Origin: an uncultured Chelatococcus sp.
Lineage (GTDB): Bacteria > Pseudomonadota > Alphaproteobacteria > Rhizobiales > Beijerinckiaceae
Reading direction: 5' to 3'
NCBI GenBank assembly: GCA_937863995.1
Contig: CALMIK010000009.1
Coordinates: 31,577-95,576 of the forward strand
Length of the DNA stretch: 64,000 nt
Shown: positions 40,959 to 50,678 of the stretch, in pieces
How positions within the stretch are numbered: the first letter of the stretch is position 1
How the letters are laid out: each line of letters opens with the position of its first letter
Notes under the pieces: model-generated
Told to the model about the DNA's origin: nothing
The model's input: only the letters and a program-made list of their open reading frames with translations
Database searches by the model: none
Program-made: the position numbers and the translations under genes

Positions 40959-43064
40959 ATGGGGAGGAGACTGGCGCTCCGGCTGGCCGCAGCGCTGTTC
41001 GCGTTGTGCGCCGCCGCCTTGTGCGCGGTGGCGGCTCCGCTGCCGCGCGAGGCGCTGGCGCCGATGATCGTGCCGCCCTACGCGCTGGGGGAGCCGGTCA
41101 ACGACAAAGGCGTGTGGACGCTGCTCAACTCCGGCGGCGCCGAGGCCGGCTACGTGTTCGAGACCGGCCCGCTCGCGCCCCTGCCGGGCTTTTCCGGCGC
41201 GCCGATCGACATGCTGGTCATGCTCGATCTCGGCGGGCGCTTTCTCGACGTGCGGCTCATCGCGCACAACGAACCCATCTTCGTGTCCGGCCTGGGGGAA
41301 GCGCCGTTCCGCGCCTTTCTGGAGCAGTATCGGGGCCGTTCGATCCGCGAGCCGCTCGTCGTCGGCACCCCTTACGGCACGGGCGGGAGCGGGTCCGAAC
41401 AGGTGCATCTCGACGGCGTGACCAAGGCCACGGCGTCGGTGCGGATCGCGCACGATTCGATCATGGCCGCCGCCTTCACCGTCGCCCGCGAGAAGATGGC
41501 CGGCATCGGCAACGCAGCGCCCGTGCGTCCCGCTCCTTCAGTAGACGAAGCGCTCGACTGGCAGGCGCTGGTGGACCAGGGCCTTGCCCGCAACCTGCGC
41601 GTGACCAACCGCGAAGTCGACGCGGCCTTCGCCGGCACGATCTGGGCCGACGACGATCCCGAGGCGGCGTCCGACCCCGACGTGCTCTACCTCGATCTGT
41701 GGGCCGTGGACCTCGGCCCGCCCTCCGTCGCCCGCGCGGTGCTGGACGACGCCAGCCTCAAGGATCTGCGGCGCTTCCTCGATGTCGCGGGCGACGACGA
41801 GCCGCTGCTGCTCATCGAGGCCGGCCGCCATGGCCTCGTGTCCGACGAATTCGTGCGCAACACCGCGCCCGACCGCTTGCTGGCGGAACAGGGCGGACTG
41901 CCGCTCCCGCTGCGCGACGCCGATATGTCGGTCTCGACGCGCCCCGGCGTTCCCGAAGGCAAGGCGATGGTCCTGCGCATCGACAGGCGGCTTGGCTTCG
42001 ATCCCACGCACGACTGGACGCTGTTCGCCCTCGCCACCCGCGCCCATGGCATGCTGCAGCCCGAAAACGGCTCGAAGCGCTTTCCGCTCGTGCTGCGCGC
42101 CGACCCGCGCTTCTATACGCGCGTCGAGGTTGCCGAGGCGCTCCCGCCCTGGCGGGAGGCCATGCTGCACCGCAAGTACGATCTCGCCGCGCTCGCCCTC
42201 TTCCTGCTGCCGCTGCTCGCGGCGCTCGGTCCCGGCATGCGCCCTCTGGCGGGAAGCAAACATTTCACCCCTGCCCGGCTGGCGATCCTGGCTGTCATGA
42301 TCGGCCTTGTCGGCTGGTGGGGACAGGGTCAGCTCTCCATCGTCACTGTTCTTGCGACGCTGCGCGCGGCGGCGGGCAACGGCTCGCTCACCGTCCTGCT
42401 CTACGATCCGTTCTCGCTGGTGGTGTGGGCTGCGGCCCTCACCGGCTTCGTGCTGTGGGGCCGGGGCCTGTTCTGCGGCTGGCTGTGCCCCTTCGGCGCG
42501 ATGCAGGAATTCGCCCACCACGCCGGGCGTCTGCTGCGGCTGCCGGAATACAACCCCTCGCCGCGTTGGGACGCGCGGCTGAAAGCGGGCAAATACGTCG
42601 CGCTCGCGGGGCTGGTCGCCGTCGCCTTTCTGCTGCCCGACGAAGCGGAGCGGGTCGCCGAGATCGAGCCGTTCAAGACCGCCGTCACCACGGGCTTTCA
42701 GCGCGAATGGTATTATGTCGCTTACGCGGCGGGGTGGCTGGTGCTGGGCATGGTCACCTTCAAGGGGTTCTGCCGCTACGTCTGCCCGCTCGGCGCCCTG
42801 ATGGCGATAGGCGGCCTGCTGCGGCTGCGCAACTGGATACCGCGCCGGGCCGAATGCGGCTCGCCCTGCCAGCTATGCAAGGTGCGCTGCCGCTACGGCG
42901 CGATCGAGAAAACCGGAAAGATCGCCTATTCCGAATGTTTTCAATGCCTTGACTGCGTCACGATCCACGACGACACGGCGCAATGCGTTCCGCTGGTGCT
43001 GGCCGCGAAAAGGCGGCAAACGGGCGAGCGAGCAAGACGCGCGCCGCGGGAGGCCACGATATGA
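40959..43064 (+). CDS. NosR/NirI-like membrane protein with FMN-binding and 4Fe-4S domains
   Basis: GGAGG RBS; DGVTKATAS; CGWLCPFG; FCRYVCPLG; CGSPCQLCKVRC; CFQCLDC. Confidence 0.85.
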   Translation: MGRRLALRLAAALFALCAAALCAVAAPLPREALAPMIVPPYALGEPVNDKGVWTLLNSGGAEAGYVFETGPLAPLPGFSGAPIDMLVMLDLGGRFLDVRLIAHNEPIFVSGLGEAPFRAFLEQYRGRSIREPLVVGTPYGTGGSGSEQVHLDGVTKATASVRIAHDSIMAAAFTVAREKMAGIGNAAPVRPAPSVDEALDWQALVDQGLARNLRVTNREVDAAFAGTIWADDDPEAASDPDVLYLDLWAVDLGPPSVARAVLDDASLKDLRRFLDVAGDDEPLLLIEAGRHGLVSDEFVRNTAPDRLLAEQGGLPLPLRDADMSVSTRPGVPEGKAMVLRIDRRLGFDPTHDWTLFALATRAHGMLQPENGSKRFPLVLRADPRFYTRVEVAEALPPWREAMLHRKYDLAALALFLLPLLAALGPGMRPLAGSKHFTPARLAILAVMIGLVGWWGQGQLSIVTVLATLRAAAGNGSLTVLLYDPFSLVVWAAALTGFVLWGRGLFCGWLCPFGAMQEFAHHAGRLLRLPEYNPSPRWDARLKAGKYVALAGLVAVAFLLPDEAERVAEIEPFKTAVTTGFQREWYYVAYAAGWLVLGMVTFKGFCRYVCPLGALMAIGGLLRLRNWIPRRAECGSPCQLCKVRCRYGAIEKTGKIAYSECFQCLDCVTIHDDTAQCVPLVLAAKRRQTGERARRAPREATI

Positions 43065-43933
43065 ACCGCCGCCGTTTCATGACCATCTGCGCCGCCGTCG
43101 CGGCCTCGCCGGCGCTGGCGCAGACCCACAGCTGGCAGGCGCAGGCACTCGGCGGCACCGTCAGCATAGACCTGCGCGGCCCCCGCCCCCTCGCAGCAGA
43201 AACCGGGCGGGCGATCGCCGACGCCATCGAGGCGGTGGAGGCGGCTGCAAGCCTCTTCCGGTCGGATTCCGCCCTGTCGCGGCTCAACCGCGCCGGCCGC
43301 CTCGACCACCCGCCGCCCATGCTGCGCGATCTGCTGGCGCTGGCAAGCCGGATGCACGCGGCAACGGGCGGCGTGTTCGATGCCAGCGTCCAGCCGCTGT
43401 GGCAGGCGCTGGCGGAAGGAGCGGACCCCGCCGCGGCCCGCGCCCGCATCGGCTGGGAGCATGTCCGCGTCGGGACATCCGTCGTTCTGGGCAACGGACA
43501 GGCGCTGACGCTGAACGGCATCGCGCAGGGCTATGCCGCCGACAAGATCCGCGCGATGCTGCAAGGGGCGGGATACGAACAGGTGCTCGTGGACATGGGC
43601 GAGTACGCGGCGCTCTCCGGCCCGTTCCGCATCGGCGTCGAGGACCCTGAGCTTGGCCTGATCGCTATCCATGCGTTGCGCGGCGACGCCATAGCCACCT
43701 CCAGCCCCGGCGCGATGCGGCTTGGCGCGGGCGGCCACATTCTGGGCCCGGCAGGTCAGCAGCCTGTGTGGTCCACGGTGTCGGTGCAAGCCGCCAGCGC
43801 CGGCGTGGCCGATGGCCTCTCCACCGCGTTTTGCCTGATGGGCACAGCGGCGATCCGCACGGCGATGCGTATGCTGCCGGAAGTGTCGGCCGTCACGGCG
43901 GTGGATCTGAAAGGAGACGTGACGACGTTTTGA
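43061..43933 (+). CDS. apbE: FAD:protein FMN transferase with Tat signal
   Basis: Tat signal MNRRRFM; SLFRSDSALSRLN, LNGIAQGYAAD, DMGE, ATSS and ADGLSTA. Confidence 0.88.
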   Translation: MNRRRFMTICAAVAASPALAQTHSWQAQALGGTVSIDLRGPRPLAAETGRAIADAIEAVEAAASLFRSDSALSRLNRAGRLDHPPPMLRDLLALASRMHAATGGVFDASVQPLWQALAEGADPAAARARIGWEHVRVGTSVVLGNGQALTLNGIAQGYAADKIRAMLQGAGYEQVLVDMGEYAALSGPFRIGVEDPELGLIAIHALRGDAIATSSPGAMRLGAGGHILGPAGQQPVWSTVSVQAASAGVADGLSTAFCLMGTAAIRTAMRMLPEVSAVTAVDLKGDVTTF

Positions 43934-43965
43934 CCCGGGTCATCGGATTTCATCGCCGAAGAAGT

Positions 43966-44880
43966 TCAGCGGCTGGGCGCCTCGAAATCCAGCCCGTGTT
44001 CCTTGAATATCGCGGCGATGCGCCCGTCCGCCAGCGCAGCTTCGATCGCCGCATCGACGGCATACGCGAGGTCGCGGTGCTGGAAGTTGACGCCGACGCC
44101 GATCGTCCACCGCCCCCGGGCAAAGCCCGTGAACGGCGGCTCGTGCACCTTGATACCGGCTTCCGGGTGCAGGGCGGCGCCCGCCTGCAACTCGCCGCGC
44201 GGTCCCATCGCGGCTTTCGTCTCGCCTCCGGCCAGTGCGCCCACGGCGAGCAGCGTGCTGCGAAAGCGATGAATGTTGTCCACCGGGCCGATGAGCGATG
44301 TCAGGTAGAAATCCGAGATGGAATCGTTCTCCACCGCCACCGTGTCGAACCGGAAATAAGGCGCGGTCGGCCCCTTCTCGGGAAAATCCTTGGCCTTGTA
44401 GGCAATCGCGATGGCCTCGGTGGCGTACTGGCCGGTGAACACCACCTGCTCTATGCGGCAGGTCAGCAGGCTGTCGTAGGGCACGTGCAGCATCACGTCG
44501 CTGACGCGCCCGCCGATCACCGCGCCTTTCCAGACGTAATTGAACAGGTCGGCGTCGAGGTTGTCGCCCGCCTGCACCAGACGGAAGCGCGGCTCCACGC
44601 CGAGCTCGGCCGCGATGAGACGGCCGATGTCGATGTCGATCCCGCGCGCCTTGCCGCGCTCTTCCCACGACCACGGACGGAAATCCGCGTAGACGGCGAA
44701 TTCGATCCATCCGTCCTGCACGATACGGTCGAACGTGCGTCCCACATCCTGCGCGAACGTGTTCTGGGGTTTGGGCTGCGGCGGGAAATCCTCGCAGCGC
44801 GCCAGCGCGCCGTGAGGAAAGACAGCGCCGAGCCCCAGCGCCAGAACGGCGGCCGTGAGTGCGCGGGTGAGCCGAGACAT
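43966..44880 (-). CDS. Periplasmic binding protein of PQQ-ADH systems (MxaJ/XoxJ-like role)
   Basis: Family-3 SBP features (FAVYADFRPWS, GIDIDIGR); directly follows the cytochrome c550 gene. Confidence 0.75.
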   Translation of the reverse strand: MSRLTRALTAAVLALGLGAVFPHGALARCEDFPPQPKPQNTFAQDVGRTFDRIVQDGWIEFAVYADFRPWSWEERGKARGIDIDIGRLIAAELGVEPRFRLVQAGDNLDADLFNYVWKGAVIGGRVSDVMLHVPYDSLLTCRIEQVVFTGQYATEAIAIAYKAKDFPEKGPTAPYFRFDTVAVENDSISDFYLTSLIGPVDNIHRFRSTLLAVGALAGGETKAAMGPRGELQAGAALHPEAGIKVHEPPFTGFARGRWTIGVGVNFQHRDLAYAVDAAIEAALADGRIAAIFKEHGLDFEAPSR

Positions 44881-44883
44881 GCC

Positions 44884-45570
44884 TTACTCCGTTGCCGAAA
44901 GGCCGACCGTCAGGATTTCGCCCGCCCTCTTCCAGCTTTCAGGGGCGTCGCCCAGCGTGCGTGCGGCCTCGTAGGCCACGCTGTCCGCCACCGGCGCGCC
45001 GGAAGCCGTCTTCACCTGGCTTGCAATGCCCTCGAGCTCCTTCTTCAGCGCCGCCGGGTCCGCCACCTTGCCGGAAGCCAGCTCGTTGCGGATCGCATGC
45101 AGGCGGGCGGCGTGGTCGTCGAGAGCGCCGTCCTCGGGGCGGCTTTCGATGTAGGTTCGGATGGCCCATGCCGCCTTCTGGCCGAGAATGTCGCCGAAGG
45201 CCGGCATCTTCGTCACTCCGTCCTGCGTATAGCCGTGGCGGAAGCGGTCCACGTACCATTCGTCGCCATGCTCCTCCGCCTCGACGAAGCGCAGGTCGGG
45301 AGCGAGGCCGCCGGAGACAACGCCCAGTCCGTGGCAGCGGGCGCAGTTCTGGGTGTAGCCCGACGCGCCGATCTCGACCGCCTTGAGCCAGACATCGTGC
45401 CCGGCCTTGGCCTCGCGGTACGGGTTCTCGGTCAGCCATTCCTCGCCCACTTCGGGCAGGCCGTCTGTGTTCATCGGCTGCGGGGCCACGTCACCGTGAG
45501 CAACGGCCAGACTGACCGTCGCCACGAGCGCCAGCGCGGCAAGGCCGCCGCGAATGCGGGTCCTGGACAT
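44884..45570 (-). CDS. pedF: Cytochrome c550 (PedF/ExaB-type electron acceptor)
   Basis: Contains HGDVAPQPMNT, the heme motif CARCH, APDLR and the axial KMPAF. Confidence 0.85.
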   Translation of the reverse strand: MSRTRIRGGLAALALVATVSLAVAHGDVAPQPMNTDGLPEVGEEWLTENPYREAKAGHDVWLKAVEIGASGYTQNCARCHGLGVVSGGLAPDLRFVEAEEHGDEWYVDRFRHGYTQDGVTKMPAFGDILGQKAAWAIRTYIESRPEDGALDDHAARLHAIRNELASGKVADPAALKKELEGIASQVKTASGAPVADSVAYEAARTLGDAPESWKRAGEILTVGLSATE

Positions 45571-45654
45571 CTCTCCTCCTGCGTAATTTCTGGCTTACTT
45601 CGACGTTTTTCTACTTGTTCAAATGTGTAATGCCGCGCGGCTGGCGCGCGATAT

Positions 45655-45692
45655 GCGACCTTGGTCGCGGTCCGCATGGGACCTTGGTCGTA
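45655..45692. promoter_or_regulatory. PQQ-island operator motif, copies 2 and 3
   Basis: GCGACCTTGGTCGC (45655-45668) and GACCTTGGTCGTA (45680-45692). Confidence 0.78.
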
Positions 45693-45745
45693 TTTTCGCC
45701 AGCCGCGGTTCACGCCTACTCTTTCAGCAAGGGGAGGAAACAATC

Positions 45746-46969
45746 ATGCGTAAAGCGTGTGCGCGGCAGGGGGCGAGAGCTTCCCTGCTCATGATGGCGC
45801 GGGCCATGGCGATCGCCACGGCGACTGTCGGGCCGGGAGCCGCCACACTGGCGACCGCTGCCGAAATCGCCGTTCCCCTGACGTATCTCAGGCAGGAAGT
45901 CGAGGCGCCCCCCGTCCTCTCCAACCTCGACCCCATCCCGGAAGACCTGGGCGTCGCCGGCGCGGAGGTCGCGCTCGCGGACACGAAGACCACCGGCCGC
46001 TTCCTCGGCCATGCCTACAGCCTGGAGGTGGTTTCGGTGGAACCGGGCGGCGACCTCGCCGGCGCGGCGAAAGCGGCGCTCGCGGCCTCGCCCGCGTTGT
46101 TCGTCGATGCGCCGGCCGACGACATCCTCGCCATCGCCGACCTGCCCGAGGCCGCAGGCAAGCTCATCTTCAACGTGGCGTCGGGCGACCGCAAGCTGCG
46201 CGACGGCGACTGCCGCGCGAACGTGCTGCACACAATCCCCGAGGACGCCATGCGCGCCGACGCGTTGATGCAGGTGCTGAAAGCCCGCCGCTGGACACGC
46301 ACCGCGCTCATCGTGGGGCCGAAGCCGCAGGACGCGGCTTTCGCGGCGACATTGCGCGCCTCGGCGGCGAAGTTCGGCGTCACGATCGCGGCCGAGAAGG
46401 CGTGGACGTTCGACACCGACCTGCGCCGGGCGGCCGGTCAGGAAATTCCGCTGTTCACACAAGGTTTTCCGGATCACGACATCCTGCTCGTGGCGGACGA
46501 GGCCGACGATTTCGCCCGCTACGTGGAGCACAACACCTGGCTTCCCCGCCCGGTCGCGGGCTCGGACGGGTTGCGCGGCGAGGGCTGGGCGCCGGTGCTG
46601 GAACAATGGGCCGCCGTGCAGCTCCAGAACCGTTTCGAGAAAGCGGCGAAGCGCGAGATGCGCAGCCGCGACTACGCCGCCTGGACCGCGCTGCGCACCG
46701 TCGGCGAAGCGGTGACGCGCACGAACTCCGCCGATCCCGCGACATTGCGCGGCTTCATCCTGTCGGATGCCTTCGCGCTCGACGGCTTCAAGGGCCGCAC
46801 GCTGACCTACCGCCGGTGGAACGGGCAGTTACGCCAGCCGATGGCGGTGGTGAATGCCCGGGCGCTGGTCGAGCTCGCGCCGCTCGAGGGCTACCTGCAC
46901 CAGATCAACGAGATGGACACGCTCGGCCTCGACAAGCCGGAAAGTGCCTGCAAAGCCTTTGGAGGATGA
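45746..46969 (+). CDS. ABC substrate-binding protein of the PQQ-ADH system (LutA-like)
   Basis: GGAGG RBS; LR..DCRANVLHTIP, MRADALMQ, LQNRFEK and FKGRTLTYRRWNGQLRQP. Confidence 0.8.
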   Translation: MRKACARQGARASLLMMARAMAIATATVGPGAATLATAAEIAVPLTYLRQEVEAPPVLSNLDPIPEDLGVAGAEVALADTKTTGRFLGHAYSLEVVSVEPGGDLAGAAKAALAASPALFVDAPADDILAIADLPEAAGKLIFNVASGDRKLRDGDCRANVLHTIPEDAMRADALMQVLKARRWTRTALIVGPKPQDAAFAATLRASAAKFGVTIAAEKAWTFDTDLRRAAGQEIPLFTQGFPDHDILLVADEADDFARYVEHNTWLPRPVAGSDGLRGEGWAPVLEQWAAVQLQNRFEKAAKREMRSRDYAAWTALRTVGEAVTRTNSADPATLRGFILSDAFALDGFKGRTLTYRRWNGQLRQPMAVVNARALVELAPLEGYLHQINEMDTLGLDKPESACKAFGG

Positions 46970-46970
46970 G

Positions 46971-47939
46971 ATGAAAACCCGCACCGGCCTCGCCGCGTTC
47001 CTCATGATGACCGCATTGCCGCTGGCGGCTGGCGCGGGCGAAATCTGGGTCACCAACGAAAAAGACGACACGATATCGGTCATCGATATCGACAAGCTGG
47101 AAGTCGTGCGCACGATCAAGACGGGCGAGCGCCCGCGCGGCATCACCTTCAGCTCGGACCACAGCCGCGTATACATCTGCGCCTCCGATAGCGACACCGT
47201 GCAGGTGATGGATCCCGCCACCGGCCAGGTTCTCCACGACCTCCCCTCGGGCGAGGACCCGGAGCAGTTCGTGCTCTCGCCCGACGACCGGCACCTGTGG
47301 ATCGCCAACGAGGACAACGCCGTGACCACGGTCGTCGATGTCGAAACCCGGCAGGTGGTGGCGCAGATCGATGTCGGCATCGAGCCGGAGGGCATGGCGA
47401 TCTCGCCCGATGGCAAGATCGCGATCACCACCTCCGAAACCACGAACATGGCCCACTGGATCGACACCGCCACCCACAAGGTTTTCGCCAACACCCTCGT
47501 CGACAGCCGCCCCCGCCACGCGGAATTCACCAAGGGAGGCAGCGAACTCTGGGTGTCGTCGGAAATCGGCGGCACGGTGACCGTGTTCAACACGGCGGAC
47601 CAAAGCGAAAAGGGCAAAATCCGCTTTGCGATCAAGGGCGTTAACCCGGACCTCATCCAGCCGGTGGGTTTCGAGTTCACCCCCGACGAAAAAACCGCCT
47701 TCGTGGCGCTCGGCCCGTCCAACCACGTCGCCGTGGTCAACGCCGAGACGCTGGAGGTCGAGAGCTACATCCTCGTCGGCCGCCGGGTGTGGCACCTCGC
47801 CTTTTCGCCCGACCACAGCAAGCTGTTCACGACGAACGGCGTTTCCGGCGATGTCACGGTAATCGACGTCGCGACGCGCGAACCCGTGAAATCGATCAAG
47901 GTCGGCCGCTTCCCGTGGGGCGCGGCGACACGGCCCTGA
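46971..47939 (+). CDS. YVTN beta-propeller protein (PedA1/LutB-like)
   Basis: Signal peptide, WVTNEKDDTISVID and repeated GxxPxG blades. Confidence 0.85.
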   Translation: MKTRTGLAAFLMMTALPLAAGAGEIWVTNEKDDTISVIDIDKLEVVRTIKTGERPRGITFSSDHSRVYICASDSDTVQVMDPATGQVLHDLPSGEDPEQFVLSPDDRHLWIANEDNAVTTVVDVETRQVVAQIDVGIEPEGMAISPDGKIAITTSETTNMAHWIDTATHKVFANTLVDSRPRHAEFTKGGSELWVSSEIGGTVTVFNTADQSEKGKIRFAIKGVNPDLIQPVGFEFTPDEKTAFVALGPSNHVAVVNAETLEVESYILVGRRVWHLAFSPDHSKLFTTNGVSGDVTVIDVATREPVKSIKVGRFPWGAATRP

Positions 47940-48001
47940 CGCAAGCGTTCCATAAACAACGGCATCCCGTGCATGCCGGAATCACATAAACGGAGGACTG
48001 A

Positions 48002-48454
48002 ATGAAGCGCATGACCGTGATCGCGGCCCTGATGGCAGCAACCCTGCCTTTCGGCGCATCGGCGAACGACGACGACGACAAGGGCAAGCTGGGCCTCGCG
48101 GGCCTCTTGTCGTCGCAGAACCGCGAGGTGCTGCCGAAGCTCACGCTTTCCGCCGGAGCGCCTCTGGCCGCGGCCCCGCTGAAGCTGAAATCCGGCAAGT
48201 ACTACAAGCTGCAGATCCAGGCCGACGGCAGCCAGGAACTCGCGCTGGAAGGGCCGGGCTTCTTCCGCTCCATCTGGGTCAACGAAGTTGTCATCGAGGG
48301 CATCGAGATCCGGCCGCTGGGCATCGATTCGCTGGAGTTCGACGAGGCGGGTGAGGCCGAGATCAGCTTCATCGCCATCAAGCCCGGCAGCTACCACCTG
48401 AAGGTACCCGGCACGACGGGCGATTTGCAGACCGTCGCCATCACCATCGAGTAA
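48002..48454 (+). CDS. Small exported acidic protein of unknown function (possibly cupredoxin-like fold)
   Basis: Signal peptide ending ASA, mature N-terminus NDDDD, FIAIKPGSY, and no Cys. GGAGG RBS. Confidence 0.75.
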   Translation: MKRMTVIAALMAATLPFGASANDDDDKGKLGLAGLLSSQNREVLPKLTLSAGAPLAAAPLKLKSGKYYKLQIQADGSQELALEGPGFFRSIWVNEVVIEGIEIRPLGIDSLEFDEAGEAEISFIAIKPGSYHLKVPGTTGDLQTVAITIE

Positions 48455-48462
48455 GCGGCCGT

Positions 48463-49200
48463 ATGCGGACGGACAGCAGAGCAGAAGGCCTCGTCGCCGA
48501 AGGGCTGACGCACGACTGGGGCGGAAAGCGCGCCCTGGACGATGTTGGTTTTTCGATTGCGGCAGGCCGGTTTTGCGCTCTGCTCGGGCCGAACGGCGCG
48601 GGGAAATCCACGCTGTTCGGCCTGCTGACGCGTCTCTTTGTGCCACGCACCGGCCGCATCGCCATCGCCGGACACGACCTTGCCCGCGAGCCGCTCGCCG
48701 CGTTGTCGCGCATCGGCGTCGTGTTCCAGCAATCGACGCTCGATCTCGACCTGACGGTGCGGCGCAACCTGTTTTACTTCGCCGCACTGCACGGCCTTTC
48801 CGGGCGCGAGGCGGAGGCGCGCGTCATGGCGGCGCTGGAGCGGCTCGGCATGGCGGAAAGAGCGCACGAGCGCGCCGGCGCGCTCAACGGCGGCCATCGC
48901 CGGCGCATGGAAATCGCGCGCGCATTGATCCACCGCCCGTCCGTGCTGCTGCTCGACGAGCCGACGGTCGGCCTCGACGCCGCCTCGCGCCGCGCGATTA
49001 CCGACCACGTCCATGCCCTCGCCCGCGACGAAGGCCTCACCGTGCTGTGGGCCACGCATCTCGTGGACGAGATCGCTTCGGACGACCGGCTGGTGATCCT
49101 GCACCGGGGCCGCGTGCTTGCCGATGGCGAGGCGGGAGACATCGGCGGCGCGGACCTGACCACCCGCTTCATCGCCCTCACCGATGGAGCGCCGGCATGA
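48463..49200 (+). CDS. ABC ATP-binding protein of the PQQ-ADH system (PedB/LutE-like)
   Basis: Contains GPNGAGKST, LNGGHRRR, LLDEPTVGLD and WATH. Confidence 0.88.
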   Translation: MRTDSRAEGLVAEGLTHDWGGKRALDDVGFSIAAGRFCALLGPNGAGKSTLFGLLTRLFVPRTGRIAIAGHDLAREPLAALSRIGVVFQQSTLDLDLTVRRNLFYFAALHGLSGREAEARVMAALERLGMAERAHERAGALNGGHRRRMEIARALIHRPSVLLLDEPTVGLDAASRRAITDHVHALARDEGLTVLWATHLVDEIASDDRLVILHRGRVLADGEAGDIGGADLTTRFIALTDGAPA

Positions 49201-50027
49201 CGGCTCCGCCGCGCGGCAACGCCGTTCGCGCAACCGCGCGTCACGCGCTGGTGGCGCTGGCCGCCATACTCCACCGCGAGGCGCTGCGCTTTCTGGGCCA
49301 ACGGGGCAGGCTCGTCGCGGCGCTGGTGCGGCCGCTGGTCTGGCTCATCGTGTTCGCTTCCGGCTTCCGCGCGGCGTTGGGGCTGTCGATCACGCCGCCC
49401 TACCAGACCTACATCACCTACGAAATCTACATCGTGCCCGGCCTCGCCGGCATGATCCTGCTGTTCAACGGCATGCAGTCTTCGCTGAGCCTCGTCTACG
49501 ACCGCGAGATGGGCTCCATGCGCCTGCTGCTGACCGCGCCGCTGCCGCGCTGGTGGCTGCTGCTGTGCAAGCTCATCGCGGGCGCGCTCATCTCCACGCT
49601 GCAAGCCTATGCCTTTCTCGCCATCGCCGCGGCCTGGGGAGTGCGCTTTCCGTGGTGGGGCTATCTCAATGCCCTGCCGGCGATCTTCCTGGCGGCACTC
49701 ATGCTGGGATCGCTCGGCATGCTGCTGTCCTCCCTGATCCGGCAGCTGGAAAACTTCGCCGGGGTGATGAACTTCGTCATCTTCCCGATGTTCTTCATGT
49801 CCTCGGCGCTTTATCCGCTGTGGAAGATGGCGGAAGCGTCGGCGCTCCTGCACGACATATGCGCCGCCAATCCCTTCACGCACGCCGTGGAGCTGATCCG
49901 CTTCGCGCTCTACGGACAGGCGAACTGGCTGGCGGCGGCGGTCACGCTCGGGGCGCTCATCGTGTTCGGAGCGGGTGCGATATGGGGCTACGACCCCGCA
50001 CGCGGCCTCGCGGCCCGCAAGGCGTGA
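49197..50027 (+). CDS. ABC-2 type permease of the PQQ-ADH system (PedC/LutF-like)
   Basis: Contains ALVRPLVWL, YIVPGL, LFNGMQSSLSLVYDREMG and NFVIFP. Confidence 0.88.
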   Translation: MTAPPRGNAVRATARHALVALAAILHREALRFLGQRGRLVAALVRPLVWLIVFASGFRAALGLSITPPYQTYITYEIYIVPGLAGMILLFNGMQSSLSLVYDREMGSMRLLLTAPLPRWWLLLCKLIAGALISTLQAYAFLAIAAAWGVRFPWWGYLNALPAIFLAALMLGSLGMLLSSLIRQLENFAGVMNFVIFPMFFMSSALYPLWKMAEASALLHDICAANPFTHAVELIRFALYGQANWLAAAVTLGALIVFGAGAIWGYDPARGLAARKA

Positions 50028-50054
50028 GGCTGACATCGGAACAAGGCACGGCGG

Positions 50055-50678
50055 CTACTCGGCGTCCTCAAGTCGCGCCGGACGGCCGGCGAGCCGCAGT
50101 TGCCGGGATGCCAGCCGCCGCGCCTCGGCGGCGACATGGGTGACGAGGATCGTGGCCACCGGCGTCGTCTGCCGCAGCCGCTCGAACAGCGCCATCATGG
50201 CTTCCGCCAGCTCCGGGTCGAGACTGACGAACGGTTCGTCCATCAACAGCAACTCCGGGCGCGACGCGAAGGCACGGGCCAGCGCCAGCCGGCGCTGCTG
50301 GCCGAGCGATAGCTGGGCGGGAAAACGCGCTTCGCAGCCCGCAAGCCCCACGTCGCCCAGCCAACGCCGCGCCTCGGGCGCGGATATGCCAGCGATGATC
50401 GACAGATTCTGCGCCGCGTCGCGCCAAGGCAGCAGCGCCGGTTCCTGAAACACCATGGCGATGCGCGCCGGGGCTTGGAGACGCCCGTGAAAGCGCCGTT
50501 CCAGCCCGGCGATAATCCGCAGCAGTGTGGTCTTGCCGACGCCCGATGGGCCCGTCAGCGCCAAGGTCTCGCCGGGCGCAAGCGTCAGGGAGAGAGGGCC
50601 GAGCACATCACCCGGCCCGCCGCGCTCCAGGTCGAGGCGCAGGCAGGGCTCAGATGCCGGAATCGACGAAAACGCCAT
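50055..50678 (-). CDS. NitT/TauT-family ABC ATP-binding protein
   Basis: Contains GPSGVGKTT, VFQEPALLPW, LSLGQQRR and LMDEPF. The start is uncertain. Confidence 0.85.
   Translation of the reverse strand: MAFSSIPASEPCLRLDLERGGPGDVLGPLSLTLAPGETLALTGPSGVGKTTLLRIIAGLERRFHGRLQAPARIAMVFQEPALLPWRDAAQNLSIIAGISAPEARRWLGDVGLAGCEARFPAQLSLGQQRRLALARAFASRPELLLMDEPFVSLDPELAEAMMALFERLRQTTPVATILVTHVAAEARRLASRQLRLAGRPARLEDAE

Noticed and set aside
41418-41429. GTGACCAAGGCC resembling the island motif
   Set aside because: It is coding sequence (VTKA) and lacks the GGTC arm.
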